Shown here: piece after piece, positions 62,584-64,000 of the stretch
Position numbering within the stretch: position 1 is the stretch's first letter
How the letters are laid out: every line of letters starts with the position of its first letter
Source: Asterias rubens
Taxonomy: Eukaryota
DNA: 64,000 nucleotides
Assembly: GCF_902459465.1 (NCBI RefSeq)
Contig: NC_047062.1
Location: forward strand, 21,514,001-21,578,000
Reading direction: 5' to 3'
Position numbers and translations under genes: made by a program
The notes under the pieces: model-generated
What the model saw: only the letters and a program-made list of their open reading frames with translations
What the model was told of the DNA's origin: nothing
Database searches by the model: none

Positions 62584-62997
62584 ATGGAAGATTCGATACC
62601 ACCGGCAGACGTAGAGGAGGCCTTTATTGGCAAATGGAAATCCGTCAAAACGGAAGGAATGGACGAATTTGCCGAGGTATTCAACATCGAAAAGAGCAAG
62701 ATACCGGAGAATCCTTATTGTGAGTTGGACATCACTAAGGACGGTGAGGGCGCTTACATCATCGTGAATAAATCCGACGGAGGACTAAAAACTCAGCGAC
62801 ACGAGCTTGGGAAGCCTTTGAAAGACAACATCATGGGACGGGAGGTGGATATTGTAACGATGTGGAATGGACGGAGGCTGGTCACGTCTAACGTCAAGGG
62901 GGATTCGTCCCTGTCAAGGAGCGTTGTGGACGGTATGCTCGTGTGTGTTGTGATGACCAAAGACTTTACCATCACCACGACCTTTGAAAGATGCTGA
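62584..62997 (+). CDS. Highly divergent intracellular lipid-binding protein 6, 137 aa, single coding exon
   Basis: AFIGKWKSVKTEGMDEF...HELGK...DNIMGREV..VTMWNGRRLV...SRSVVDGMLV shows iLBP spacing and length. Confidence 0.82.
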   Translation: MEDSIPPADVEEAFIGKWKSVKTEGMDEFAEVFNIEKSKIPENPYCELDITKDGEGAYIIVNKSDGGLKTQRHELGKPLKDNIMGREVDIVTMWNGRRLVTSNVKGDSSLSRSVVDGMLVCVVMTKDFTITTTFERC

Positions 62998-64000
62998 TCT
63001 TTTTATATATGAACCGTTATCCAAGACAGCGGTTCCAATAACATCGGGTGGCCCTATAGCTCAGCAAAATGCTGAATCTACCTGCACCCCTTTTTCATAA
63101 CTCGAAGAAAATAGTGCTCATTTGGGTTTCTTTTGCCAAAGATTGGCACAGCGTTTAAATTATGGGAACTTGTGATATTTTGTCCATTTTCGAAATGGAC
63201 ACAGGCATGATATTTGGTCAAAGGGGGGGGGCATTATTAGTTTTCAACTTTTTATGATTTTTCCATGGGCAAAAAAGTAGAAAGAATATCATGCCCGTGG
63301 ACGTATTGTTGATTTGCACTGTACAAACCAAACAGTCTGGTTTTAATGTCACTGTTTGCTATTAGGAATTGTGCTGAAATGGATCAAAATACATGGAGGT
63401 TTGTGACGTGCAATGTCAAGTTCACACGATACAATTTTATAGTCACATTATTTGTTACACTCCCAAACAAGAACAAACAAGTTTCAATGTTCGCATAATC
63501 TTCGGAAAAGTTTACGGGAATTACAATTTGGGTGGTTTCTTTTTTGCATTCAGTTATAAAGGGCCAGTTTCGGTCCAACAAAACCACTTTATGCGTTCAC
63601 AGGATGCCAGAATAGACTGCACTTTGAGCTGTGCTACAAGTGGACCGAAAATGGCGCCAGCAACCACGTGACTCCATGCCGCAATATTCTCAATACAAAG
63701 CTCTTGATTTTTTTGTAATTACCGGATTACGCCCCGTTATTGTATACTAGGTCACGACAATAATGTCAACTAATGTCTGATGATAGACATAATTACCAGA
63801 GGATACGGGTATTGACGTTTTTAGTCTTGCAAATATTGTGTTGTTGCTTCGAGGGTTGACCCTCTGGATTATAATCAGCTGTAAAATCAATAGCTTTGGC
63901 TTTGGTAAATATTATTGTTATCGTGTTCCGAAGGTGAAAGTCTATATAATTATTGACCTCAGATAACTGTGTTCTACTTTGTGTATACGGCTACGTACCA

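Noticed and set aside
840-63671. Remaining 60-140 aa ORFs in the supplied track
   Set aside because: AT-rich, low-complexity or repeat-derived, with no domain resemblance or splice support.

Overview
AT-rich animal (eukaryotic) genomic DNA. It is most likely an invertebrate deuterostome such as a sea star; this is inferred from gene content and repeat style and is not proven. The window has two domains. (1) 1-~27 kb: the 5' part of a minus-strand BRF1 (TFIIIB 90 kDa subunit) gene. Eight coding exons were read with splice sites and phases that join into 307 uninterrupted codons, and the gene continues off the left edge. Its third coding intron (12016-19005) is a U12-type (minor spliceosome) intron. 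A complete plus-strand BTB-BACK-PHR gene (BTBD3/BTBD6-like, 511 aa) is nested in its fifth coding intron. This domain is CpG-poor and very rich in TACATGTA. (2) ~27-64 kb: a CpG-richer domain with six divergent intracellular lipid-binding protein (FABP/CRABP-like) genes. All six lack coding introns, several have a 5'-UTR intron 22-30 nt before the ATG, and four have lost the C-terminal carboxylate-binding Arg. Many non-autonomous DNA transposons/MITEs (TTAA-flanked Kolobok-like and piggyBac-like, CACT-ended, foldback), a tRNA-derived SINE-like head and a 21-bp AP-1-rich minisatellite are interspersed. No CRISPR array, rRNA or convincing functional tRNA was found. All coordinates and counts were made by eye.
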